Positions 7,822-15,815 of a stretch of DNA of 26,483 bases are shown here, one piece after another (the first letter of the stretch is position 1; each line of letters starts with the position of its first letter). The stretch covers positions 1 through 26,483 of IMG/VR virus record IMGVR_UViG_3300022695_000151. One strand, 5' to 3'. The notes under the pieces are model-generated. The model saw only the letters and a program-made list of their open reading frames with translations. It searched no databases and was not told where the DNA came from. This DNA is from a virus (Duplodnaviria > Caudoviricetes). Position numbers and translations under genes: made by a program.

Positions 7822-8868
7822 ATGCATCAATCAATTCGTACATTCGGCATCTGGGTCTTTGCTCTGGTTGTCAGTGTTCTGGCATTCGGAGGTGCTTCAC
7901 CTGCCTTTGCTCATGGGCTGGATGCCAATACACTATCCGGCTTGGCAGTCGGCGGGTTGGTGGTTAATGAGGCTACATTAAAGGCGGCTCAAACCAGCTT
8001 CCAGACGCTGTTCCAGAAGGCTTTTGATCGGGTTAAACAGACCTACCGCACCATTGCGATGGTAGTTCCGTCCAGCACATCGACCAACTCATACAAGTGG
8101 CTGGGGCAGCTACCCGGTATCCGCAAATGGTTGGGCGACAAGGTGGTCAACAACATGGTTGCCCACGGCTACTTCCTTGATAATGAGGATTATGAGCTGA
8201 CTGTCGGGGTCAAGCGTAACGATATCGAGGATGATCAACTGGGTGTGTACAACCCGCTATTCTCCAACATCGGCGATGCCTCTGCCCGCCATCCGGATGA
8301 ATTGACCTGGCCAGCACTGGTGGCTGGATTCCTGACCGGCATTGGCTACGACAAGGTAACATTTTTCAACGCAGCACATCCGGTCAACGGCATTGATGCC
8401 CAGGATGGCACCTACGCCAACCGCCCTGCCGTGCTCGGTACGGGTGAGCCGTGGTTCCTGATGGATGATACGCGGCCACTACAACCCATCATCTTCCAGG
8501 AGCGCGAAGGCTATCACTTTGTATCGCAGACCGACCCGCAAGCTGAAGGTGTATTCAAGCGCAAAGAGTTCCTCTACGGCGTGGAAGCGCGTGTGGCAGT
8601 CGGCTATGGCTTGCCGCAGTTGATCTACGGCTCCCGCGAGCCGTTGACAGCCGCAGCATACGAAGCCGCACGCCTGGCCCTCTCAAGCCAGAAACGCACC
8701 GATGGCAAGAGCCCACTGGGTGTGAACGGCACCAAACTGATTGTCGGTGAAGGCAACTTCAAAGCAGCCAATATCATTCTCAAGAACGAGCGCGATGCCA
8801 ACGGCGCAACCAACCCGTGGCTCGGCTCCGCCAAGTTCGACAAGATCGATTATCTGACTGGTATGTAA
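7822..8868 (+). CDS. Major capsid protein (Mu gpT family) with hydrophobic N-terminal leader
   Basis: VPSST..N.Y.WLG.LP..R.W.GD, YELTVGVKRNDIEDDQLGVY.P, PWFLMD..RP..PIIFQER, FLYGV.AR...GYG.PQL. AAGGAG RBS. Confidence 0.95.
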   Translation: MHQSIRTFGIWVFALVVSVLAFGGASPAFAHGLDANTLSGLAVGGLVVNEATLKAAQTSFQTLFQKAFDRVKQTYRTIAMVVPSSTSTNSYKWLGQLPGIRKWLGDKVVNNMVAHGYFLDNEDYELTVGVKRNDIEDDQLGVYNPLFSNIGDASARHPDELTWPALVAGFLTGIGYDKVTFFNAAHPVNGIDAQDGTYANRPAVLGTGEPWFLMDDTRPLQPIIFQEREGYHFVSQTDPQAEGVFKRKEFLYGVEARVAVGYGLPQLIYGSREPLTAAAYEAARLALSSQKRTDGKSPLGVNGTKLIVGEGNFKAANIILKNERDANGATNPWLGSAKFDKIDYLTGM

Positions 8869-8909
8869 TCGGTGAGGGGGCTTTCTTTCAAAGAAAGCCC
8901 CCGATTTTC
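8867..8909 (+). terminator. Hairpin after gpT, probable intrinsic terminator or stabiliser
   Basis: GGGGGCTTTCTTT-C-AAAGAAAGCCCCC (8876-8902, 13-bp inverted repeat) followed by GATTTT. Confidence 0.6.
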
Positions 8910-8941
8910 ACAAACACATCATAAACAAGGAGATAAATAAA

Positions 8942-9094
8942 ATGGCAATTAAAATCAAAGTCGAACCCATGAATGGCCTGTCTATCCCCGGTATCGGCCA
9001 TCTGAAGCAAGGTGTACATGAAGTGAATCTGGCGGCCGACGATCTCAAAGGCGCGAAAGGCATTACTATTGTGAAGGCCAAACCAGCAAACTAA
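8942..9094 (+). CDS. Small hypothetical head-region protein (50 aa, not in ORF track)
   Basis: AAGGAGA RBS. MAIKIKVEPMNGLSIPGIGHLKQGVHEVNLAADDLKGAKGITIVKAKPAN* occupies the Mu gp35 position. Confidence 0.7.
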   Translation: MAIKIKVEPMNGLSIPGIGHLKQGVHEVNLAADDLKGAKGITIVKAKPAN

Positions 9095-9103
9095 ATGAAC
9101 CAG

Positions 9104-9144
9104 AAAAAGAGGGGACAGTTTACTTTCTTTCCCCTCTTTTTTTT
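9104..9144 (+). terminator. Terminator-like hairpin built on the GGGGACAGTTTACTTT motif
   Basis: AAAAAGAGGGGA...TCCCCTCTTTTT stem followed by a T run. The loop is the repeat motif CAGTTTACTTTCTT. Confidence 0.6.
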
Positions 9145-9183
9145 GACCAACAGCCCGGCATCAATAAAATAAACGGAGATCAC

Positions 9184-9609
9184 ATGTCATACGCCACAAA
9201 ACAAGCCATGATTGATCGCTATAGCCAGGATGAACTGATTCAATTGACGGACCGTGCTACGCCGCCAGCCGGGGTGATCAACGATACAGTGCTGAATGCA
9301 GCCATTGCCGATGCGGATGCGGAGATCAATGGCTATCTGCAAGCCAGGTATGCCCTGCCACTGGCATCCACGCCGCTCATTATCAGCAAGCTGGCGTGTG
9401 AAGTGACCCGGTATTTTTTGTATGATGACACACCCACCGAGCCGGTAGAGGAACGATACAAACACGCCATTAAAACGCTGGCCGATATTTCCAGAGGAAG
9501 TGTCAAGCTGGGTCTGGACGCCCTGGACAAGCCTACTCCCACGGATAACCTGATTAAAACGTCCGGCCCCAACCGCACCTTTGACCGCGGCTCGATGAGG
9601 GACTACTGA
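9184..9609 (+). CDS. Mu gp36 (DUF1320) head-tail connector
   Basis: MSYAT, EL.QLTDR, AI.DA.AEI.GYL..RY.LPL, RY..AIK.L..I..G...LG. Confidence 0.93.
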   Translation: MSYATKQAMIDRYSQDELIQLTDRATPPAGVINDTVLNAAIADADAEINGYLQARYALPLASTPLIISKLACEVTRYFLYDDTPTEPVEERYKHAIKTLADISRGSVKLGLDALDKPTPTDNLIKTSGPNRTFDRGSMRDY

Positions 9610-10142
9610 TGACCCTCACCGAACTCCAGGACGCCGCTGTGGCAGGCATACATGCCGCAATCCCGGCGCTGGCGCAGTGCGATCCCTATGCCGGGCAATT
9701 TGCCGGGGATGCGGGTAGCCGCGTGGCTATACATGCGCCTGCTGTACTGGTGGCGATGCTTGACTGCAATCCGCTATCCGATCCGGGCACGGGCCAATTC
9801 GATGTGCAATGCCGCATGGCGGCCTATGTGCTGGCTCGCTATGCCAATGATCGCAACAAGCGCGAAGCAGGATGCGTGGATTTGGCGGAAGCCGTGGCAC
9901 TGATTATCCATCAAAACAACTGGAGCCTGGCCGGAGTCAGTAGCGCTTATATCGTTCAGATGCAGGGGATGACCAACATCACAGCGGACAAGGCCGGGTT
10001 TTCGATTTGGTCTGTTGCATTCAATCAGGAAATCAGGCTGGGCGCTGCGCCAGCCAATAACTACGGCCCGCTCACCGATGTGCGCATCGGCCTTGCGCCA
10101 AATGTTGGCGCAGCCCATGCACCGGGTTACGTGCCTGTATGA
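9609..10142 (+). CDS. Mu gp37-like tail completion protein
   Basis: Follows gp36 with a TGATG overlap. Y.GQF, PAVLVA, N.W.L and IW.V.F.Q...LG patterns. Confidence 0.7.
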   Translation: MTLTELQDAAVAGIHAAIPALAQCDPYAGQFAGDAGSRVAIHAPAVLVAMLDCNPLSDPGTGQFDVQCRMAAYVLARYANDRNKREAGCVDLAEAVALIIHQNNWSLAGVSSAYIVQMQGMTNITADKAGFSIWSVAFNQEIRLGAAPANNYGPLTDVRIGLAPNVGAAHAPGYVPV

Positions 10143-10597
10143 TGGATGGGGATATGATGCTGGAACTCTTGCAGCGCATCGAGCGCCTTGAGAGGCAGAT
10201 GCATAATATTGCATTGGTCGGCACGGTGGCTGGTGCCAACTACGCCATCGCGCGGGTGAAGGTGCAGATTGGTGATCTGGTCACCTGCTGGTTACCGTGG
10301 CTAACTCATCGCGCCGGTGGCGATATCACATGGGATGCGCCGGAGATCGGAGAGCAAGTGACGGTGATCTCACCCTCTGGCGAGATTGGCAATGGCTTTG
10401 TACTGCCGGCAATCTATCAGAATGCGCATCCGGCCAATGGCAATAGTGCGGATATAACACGCAGGGATTTTGGCAACGGCTCGTATATCACGCATGATCG
10501 GGTAAGCGGCGATATGGATATCCACGTTACCGGCAACCTTACCCTGAACGCGACCGGCAACGTGAAGATCACTGGCGCAAGGATAGACCTCAACTAA
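10139..10597 (+). CDS. Baseplate spike gpV (P2 V-like)
   Basis: WLPWLT.RAG....W.APEIGEQV.V.SPSG....GFVLPAIY. Ends ...KITGARIDLN. Confidence 0.92.
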   Translation: MMDGDMMLELLQRIERLERQMHNIALVGTVAGANYAIARVKVQIGDLVTCWLPWLTHRAGGDITWDAPEIGEQVTVISPSGEIGNGFVLPAIYQNAHPANGNSADITRRDFGNGSYITHDRVSGDMDIHVTGNLTLNATGNVKITGARIDLN

Positions 10598-10890
10598 TGC
10601 CCGCCGTAACGCGATTGGGCGATACAGGTACCGGGCACGGGTGTTGGCCTTCCCGTCCCAACGATGCCGCCAGCCCTGATGTGTTTGTGAATGGCATCGC
10701 GGCACACCGGCAGGGCGACCATTGGGCGGCGCATACATGCCCGAGCATTCCTGAAACACACGCTTCCAACCTGGCCAGCGGCTCATCCAGCGTATTCGCC
10801 AACGGCAAACGACTCGGGCGCATTGGCGACCCTGTTGCATGTGGGTCATCCGTGGCCACCGGATCAGCCAACGTGTTTGCGGGCGGTTGA
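10597..10890 (+). CDS. PAAR-family spike tip protein (T4 gp5.4-like)
   Basis: MPAVTRLGD..TGH, SP.VFVNG..AHRQGD, GSSSVFANG...GRIGD.VACGS.VATGS.NVFAGG. Confidence 0.93.
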   Translation: MPAVTRLGDTGTGHGCWPSRPNDAASPDVFVNGIAAHRQGDHWAAHTCPSIPETHASNLASGSSSVFANGKRLGRIGDPVACGSSVATGSANVFAGG

Positions 10891-10891
10891 T

Positions 10892-10972
10892 ATGAAGGGC
10901 ATGAGCAACACAGCAGGCAGTGCCATCAGCGGCATTCAGCCAGGTGGTGCAAATACAGGCGCGCTACAATGA
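10892..10972 (+). pseudogene. Stub of a gpW allele (first 15 codons)
   Basis: MKGMSNTAGSAISGI aligns without gaps to the start of the full gpW at 11903 (MIGMGNITGIPMSGI), then diverges and stops. Confidence 0.7.
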
Positions 10973-10977
10973 TGGGA

Positions 10978-11658
10978 TTATTTATTCTGTTTTTTCTCAA
11001 TCTCCATCGGGATGACAAAAGCCATTTCCAGAAAAAAGATGAGAAACTCGACGGCCTCTTCGGCCTGCGCACGGTCGGCCTTGATTTCATGCGTTGCCTT
11101 GTTGCGTTCAATGCGAAGATGGTGAAACCAGCCCTTAATCGGCGAAGTGATGATGCTCTTCTGGTGGCAATCATCAATCATATCCACAAAGCGGCTGCCA
11201 TTTGCTCCCAGTGTCTTGAGCGACACTTCGAGCACACTGCCGCACATGCTGACAATAGCGGCAGGCAATTGTCCTTGATGCCGCATTTCCTGCACCAGTT
11301 CAAACAGTTCCTGAATCTCTGCCGGGTAGCTCTCATGCATGTGCGCTTTTTTCTTTTCGGGGTAGATGCCCGTGATCGTGGGCGGATTTTTGCGAAACAG
11401 GCGGTTGCGGTCGTTCCCGCATTTGATGATTTCGTCAATATCTTGCCATGTAGCCTGAAAAAGAATCATAACGGGTGCGTGGCACAAGGGGCAGGCGGCA
11501 GTGCCATAAGCATCGGTGAGGGAGCCCGGTTCGCATTGGGTGATATTGATGGCGGGAACGGCTTCGCGCGGGTTGCGGATGTTGTATTGTGCAATATAGC
11601 CCATATTGAAATCAACCTGATTGGCACAATGCGGACATTCATGACGAACAGAGAACAT
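10978..11658 (-). CDS. DUF4145/HEPN-like protein with N-terminal Zn-ribbon (moron)
   Basis: CPHC and CPLC motifs. AAIVSMC.SVLE...L...G, .I..L...G and LR.ERNKATH (RxxxxH) resemble DUF4145. GGAGG RBS at 11666-11670. Confidence 0.8.
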   Translation of the reverse strand: MFSVRHECPHCANQVDFNMGYIAQYNIRNPREAVPAINITQCEPGSLTDAYGTAACPLCHAPVMILFQATWQDIDEIIKCGNDRNRLFRKNPPTITGIYPEKKKAHMHESYPAEIQELFELVQEMRHQGQLPAAIVSMCGSVLEVSLKTLGANGSRFVDMIDDCHQKSIITSPIKGWFHHLRIERNKATHEIKADRAQAEEAVEFLIFFLEMAFVIPMEIEKKQNK

Positions 11659-11902
11659 ATCGAAACCTCCAAAGGAGTTCTATGATGGGTAGCCGACTTC
11701 ACAAAGCAAGCAATCGTTTGTACCACACGCTAGTTGATCCATTTGGCAAGCTTCGCTACAGCAACCCTATTGAGGCGGTTGCTGCTCTTGAAAATGAGTA
11801 TCAGCTTTGCTGTATCGATCATGAGATTGGCGAGGCGGCAGCACTTTCCGCGTTATCTGAAAATTATGTCATAGCGATGTACAGCCAGCAGGGGCGGCCT
11901 GA

Positions 11903-12241
11903 ATGATCGGCATGGGCAACATCACCGGCATACCCATGTCCGGCATTGCGCATTTGCTCCAGTCAATTGCGGATATTCTCGGCACGCCGTTGGGTAGCCG
12001 GGTGATGCGCCGTGATTATGGCTCGCGTTTGTTTGAGTTGACCGATTCACCCACCAACCGCGGTGGCGTGATGGATGTGATTATCGCTACGGCGGAGGCG
12101 CTGAAAAAGTGGGAGCCGCGCTTGAGCCTCACCAGCGTGCGCGTGAATCAACCAAACAGTAATGGCAAATTGAGCGTCAGCGTTGCCGGTATCTACACGC
12201 CGGGCGGCAAGGCCATCGCCCTGGATGGAATAGTGATATGA
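11903..12241 (+). CDS. Baseplate wedge gpW (GPW/gp25 family)
   Basis: HL.QSI.DIL.TP.GSRVMRRDYGS.L..L.D.P, A..AL.KWEPRL. Confidence 0.95.
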   Translation: MIGMGNITGIPMSGIAHLLQSIADILGTPLGSRVMRRDYGSRLFELTDSPTNRGGVMDVIIATAEALKKWEPRLSLTSVRVNQPNSNGKLSVSVAGIYTPGGKAIALDGIVI

Positions 12242-13134
12242 GCCTTTCCTGGATTGATTTCTCCAAAATTCCAGCACCCGCTGTGATTGAGCTGCTGAAT
12301 TTTGAAACGATTCTGGCAGCAATGAAGGCCGACCTATTGGCGCGTGATGCCACACTAACGGCGGTAAGCCTGGAATCTGATCCAATATCCAAAGTGCTCG
12401 AAGTGGCCGCATACCGCGAATTGCTCTTGCGCCAGCGGGTGAATGATGGTGCGCATAGCGTGATGCTGGCCTATGCATCGGGCACAGATTTGGATCAGAT
12501 AGGCGCAAACTTCGGCGTGGCGCGGCTGACGATTACACCCGCCGATACCAGCAAAACACCGCCCGTTCCGGCGGTGATGGAAACCGACGTGGCCTATCGC
12601 GAGAGAATCCGCTTGAGCCTCTACAGCCGCACCACGGCAGGCCCTGTGAACCAGTATATGTTTTATGCTCTGTCCGCCGATCCGGACGTGCTGGATGTGA
12701 GCATCACCAGTCCGAATCCCGGCGATGTGATTATCGCGGTGCTATCCCGCACCGGCGCGGGCGTGCCGACGCCAGTGGTACTGGATGCGGTGATGACCGT
12801 GTGCAATGCCGATGATGTGCGCCCGCTGACCGATCATGTGCTTGTGCAGGCGGCTATCATCACCAACTACAGCGTGGCTGCCGATCTGACGGTCTATCCC
12901 GGCCCCGATCCGATCACTGTACAGGCCAATGCATTGCAGGCGGTAACATCATATTGCGCCCTGCATCATGCACTGGGCCATGATATTACAATGGCCGGTC
13001 TGATTGCTGCTGCCACTGTCACCGGCGTACAAAATGTGGCGATCACCGCCCCTGCCGCAGATATAGTCATTGATGATCTACACGCCAGTTATGCCACCGC
13101 GATCAGCGTAACGATTGCAGGAAGTGCAGTATGA
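12238..13134 (+). CDS. Baseplate assembly protein J (P2 gpJ-like)
   Basis: IDFS..P.P.VIE.L.FE, ESDP..K.LE..AYRELLLRQRVN, AGP...Y.F.ALSA, VRPLTD.V. Confidence 0.95.
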   Translation: MSLSWIDFSKIPAPAVIELLNFETILAAMKADLLARDATLTAVSLESDPISKVLEVAAYRELLLRQRVNDGAHSVMLAYASGTDLDQIGANFGVARLTITPADTSKTPPVPAVMETDVAYRERIRLSLYSRTTAGPVNQYMFYALSADPDVLDVSITSPNPGDVIIAVLSRTGAGVPTPVVLDAVMTVCNADDVRPLTDHVLVQAAIITNYSVAADLTVYPGPDPITVQANALQAVTSYCALHHALGHDITMAGLIAAATVTGVQNVAITAPAADIVIDDLHASYATAISVTIAGSAV

Positions 13135-13226
13135 GCCCACAGCAAATCCAGAGCATCTGCGCATACGCAGCGCATCGCCAGGCAGCGCTTGCTCAAGCGA
13201 CTGATAGAGCGGCCAGAGCGGTTATC

Positions 13227-13514
13227 TTATTGCTTTGCCGTAGAATCGAGGCCGAATGCGTGGCGCACGGTAAGCGTCGTTTCAGTAAGCGGCGATGCAA
13301 TTGCAGGCGTTGCCGTCTGCATGGTCGCCGCCGCAGTTTCAAGTCTGGAACAAAAGGTGGTTATTTCCATGCTTGAAATGATGTTTTTAGCCTGCAAGAT
13401 GCGGATGATCTCGCTGATAACAATCATATTTGCCGAGCGAGTAGCATTGGATTGCTCTTCTGCTGCTGCGCGAGCCATCAGCTTTAATGCGTCCATATCG
13501 TCCTGTAATGCCAT
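13227..13514 (-). CDS. Small helical hypothetical protein (antisense moron, 95 aa)
   Basis: GGAGGTAA RBS at 13521-13528 (- strand). Inserted between J and I, which are normally adjacent. Confidence 0.65.
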   Translation of the reverse strand: MALQDDMDALKLMARAAAEEQSNATRSANMIVISEIIRILQAKNIISSMEITTFCSRLETAAATMQTATPAIASPLTETTLTVRHAFGLDSTAKQ

Positions 13515-13557
13515 ATTAAGTTACCTCCGTGTTTTGGTTTTCGCTGTGAGAAGTCAA

Positions 13558-13586
13558 ACCATAGGCGCGGGGGTTTCTTTCTTCAA
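13558..13586 (-). promoter_or_regulatory. sigma70-like promoter for the 13227-13514 moron
   Basis: - strand TTGAAG (13586-13581), 17-bp spacer, TATGGT (13563-13558). Confidence 0.45.
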
Positions 13587-13610
13587 AGCGCCTTTTCAAA
13601 TGGCGGCTGC

Positions 13611-14198
13611 ATGATGCCTGATGTAACCACCATTCTGCCGCCCAATGCCACAGCTCTTGAGCGCAATATCGAGCAATCGGCAACCCGCGCGATGGAACAG
13701 ATGCCCGTGCCGATTCGCGACCTCTGGAACCCTGATACATGCCCCGTACACCTGCTGCCGTGGCTGGCATGGGCAGTGGATGTGGAACAATGGCAGTCGG
13801 ACTGGCCGGAGTCTGTGCAGCGGGCAGCCATCAAGGCATCGATCAGTGTACACAATCATATGGGTACGGTGGGCGGATTGAAGATGGCTCTGGAATCACT
13901 GGGGTATTCGTCTGTGATGATTACGGAGTTTGTCAATCTGTTTCATCGTGGTGCGATGGCCTACAACGGCAGCCGCACGCATGTGGGCGCGTCACTGGCG
14001 TTTCAGTTCGATGTAGCACTGAACAACAGCGGTGTAATCCCGTCCGCGCCCGCGATTGCGAAGATCAGGGAGGCTATATCGGAGTTCAAAAACGCCCGCA
14101 GCCACCTGCGCAATCTCTACTATGCCAGCCGCTGGCATGGCGGCGTGAACACACATAATGGCGCAATCGTGCGCGATGGAGGATTGATCCTTGGCTAA
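13611..14198 (+). CDS. Tail protein I (P2 gpI-like)
   Basis: LPPNAT.LER, IRDLWNPDTCP..LLPWLAWA..V..W, H..MGT.G, KNARSHL. Confidence 0.93.
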   Translation: MMPDVTTILPPNATALERNIEQSATRAMEQMPVPIRDLWNPDTCPVHLLPWLAWAVDVEQWQSDWPESVQRAAIKASISVHNHMGTVGGLKMALESLGYSSVMITEFVNLFHRGAMAYNGSRTHVGASLAFQFDVALNNSGVIPSAPAIAKIREAISEFKNARSHLRNLYYASRWHGGVNTHNGAIVRDGGLILG

Positions 14199-15030
14199 TT
14201 TGACCGAACAACAACTCTTTGAAGCGGCTATTTACGAGCTGGCTATCACTGATCCGGTACTGGGCGGCCCGGGCGGGGTGGATAACAAACCGCATCAGCA
14301 ACTAACCAACCGCACCTCCTGGTTGAAAAAGCAAGTCGATGCACTGATTGCCGCAGGCGGTAGCGCAGCGGATATTACCGCCGCCATCAACGCCCATCTG
14401 GCAGCACTCGATCCGCATGCGCAATACGCAACGGATGCGGAAGTGAATGCGCTTATTGATGCAAGAGCTGCATTACCAGCCAATCTACTGACCAATTTGG
14501 ACGCTAACCGCTCCACGCGAGACATCGGCGCCGCCGATTTGAACAGCATCATCCAAAGCGGTCTTTATGAATCCGCGCCAACGAACCTGAACGGGCCGGG
14601 ATTCATAGGGTGGTTTCACCTGCAAGTGATCCGGCACGCAAACGTTAACAATACTACGGTCAAACAAATAGCATTCGATCACACCTCAAATCTTATCCGG
14701 GTGCGTACAGGAACCGGTGGCACGGGTGGCCCTGATGCGACATGGACGACCTGGCAGGATATTGTGAGCGCAGGAGCGTCTATAACACTAAGCGGTTATT
14801 ACAAACTACCATCTGGATTGATTATGCAATGGGCTGGAGGGGGAGCGAGCCTTGCGGGGGCGGTAAACATTTTTCCTATCTCATACCCTAACGCTGCGTT
14901 TGGGGTTATAACTAACAATAATAATGTAGGAGCAGCGATAGGGATAATTTCTTTTACAAAAAACACTTTCACAGCAGTTTCCCCTCTTACAAATTCCGAT
15001 GGATTCAATTATTTTTCAATAGGATTTTAA
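14191..15030 (+). CDS. Short tail fibre protein
   Basis: N-terminal MANLTE...IYEL...DPVLGGPGG.DN...QQL.NRT.WLK, DPHAQYAT, DLNSI...G.Y knob-like segment, C-terminal GYYKLPSGLIMQW...FPI.YPNA. Confidence 0.88.
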   Translation: MANLTEQQLFEAAIYELAITDPVLGGPGGVDNKPHQQLTNRTSWLKKQVDALIAAGGSAADITAAINAHLAALDPHAQYATDAEVNALIDARAALPANLLTNLDANRSTRDIGAADLNSIIQSGLYESAPTNLNGPGFIGWFHLQVIRHANVNNTTVKQIAFDHTSNLIRVRTGTGGTGGPDATWTTWQDIVSAGASITLSGYYKLPSGLIMQWAGGGASLAGAVNIFPISYPNAAFGVITNNNNVGAAIGIISFTKNTFTAVSPLTNSDGFNYFSIGF

Positions 15031-15031
15031 A

Positions 15032-15646
15032 ATGAAATATGCAGATTTAGATACGACCAACCAACCAGTGGCATTTTATGACAGTGATATTCATGGGATG
15101 CGGCTGATCCCCGATCCGGCATTCAATCCGACAAAGAAGAGCAACGTCGCGCCTATGATCGCCAATCCGGATACGCAAATCCCGGCGACGGCGGTGGAGA
15201 TTCCGGACGTGAAATGGCAGCGGCATATTGATGGGGTAAAGCAGGTTTATGACCCTGTGACCAATGCATGGGCTGATTATGTGCCGACCAAGGCCGAGGC
15301 TCTGGCATCCGCCAGGATCACGGCGTTGGCAAAGATTTCTGCGGATTATCGATCCGCCCTCGATGCTGGTGTGACATACAGCGGTGCGATATTTCAATCC
15401 GATAGTAAATCTATATCTACCCTTAGCGAAGCGCTTACTGTCATCAGCAACGGTTGGGCATTGCCCGCAAACTTTGCATGGATTGATACAGCCAACAAAC
15501 CACACGCTGCCAATGCGGCATATCTTAAGGGTTTGGCGGTGGCTTTTGCTGATCACACATCAGCATTGTTTGCCCGCTTGCAAACCGCCAAGACGGCCAT
15601 CATGGCTGCAACCACGCAGACTGCAATCAACAAGGTTGTGCTGTAA
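15032..15646 (+). CDS. Tail fibre assembly-type protein (DUF4376-like C-terminus)
   Basis: FYDSDIHG, IP..AVEI, FQSD..S and W.D..N patterns. Directly follows the fibre gene. Confidence 0.75.
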   Translation: MKYADLDTTNQPVAFYDSDIHGMRLIPDPAFNPTKKSNVAPMIANPDTQIPATAVEIPDVKWQRHIDGVKQVYDPVTNAWADYVPTKAEALASARITALAKISADYRSALDAGVTYSGAIFQSDSKSISTLSEALTVISNGWALPANFAWIDTANKPHAANAAYLKGLAVAFADHTSALFARLQTAKTAIMAATTQTAINKVVL

Positions 15647-15814
15647 GTGCGCGCCTTTGCTCTGATGCTCCTCGCCGCAGTGATGATGGCTGTGCTTGGT
15701 CTGCCGTTGCTCATCGGCCAGGCGCTGCGCCATTTGATCATGCACAAGCCGCTGCCCGGCCTCTGGTGCAGGAATAGTTACAACCACGAATTTGGAATAA
15801 AAAAGGAGGCATAA
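15647..15814 (+). CDS. Possible small membrane protein (55 aa, not in ORF track)
   Basis: GTG immediately after the previous stop. VRAFALMLLAAVMMAVLGLPLLIG... fills the gap to the sheath gene. Confidence 0.4.
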   Translation: MRAFALMLLAAVMMAVLGLPLLIGQALRHLIMHKPLPGLWCRNSYNHEFGIKKEA

Positions 15815-15815
15815 T

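Noticed and set aside
10969-11685. 238-aa + strand ORF
   Set aside because: Mirror of the - strand DUF4145-like gene, which has the motifs and the RBS.
11682-11906. 74-aa + strand ORF before gpW
   Set aside because: It has a possible AAGGAG RBS and an ATGA overlap with W, but no recognisable features, and it covers the likely promoter region of the moron. Not supported enough to call.
13131-13376. 81-aa + strand ORF coupled to J
   Set aside because: Most of it overlaps the better-supported - strand moron, and the C-terminus reads like off-frame sequence. At most a remnant.
14191-15646. Diversity-generating retroelement or invertible fibre cassette
   Set aside because: No reverse transcriptase, no TR/VR pair differing at adenines, and no invertase or inverted fibre copy seen in the window.
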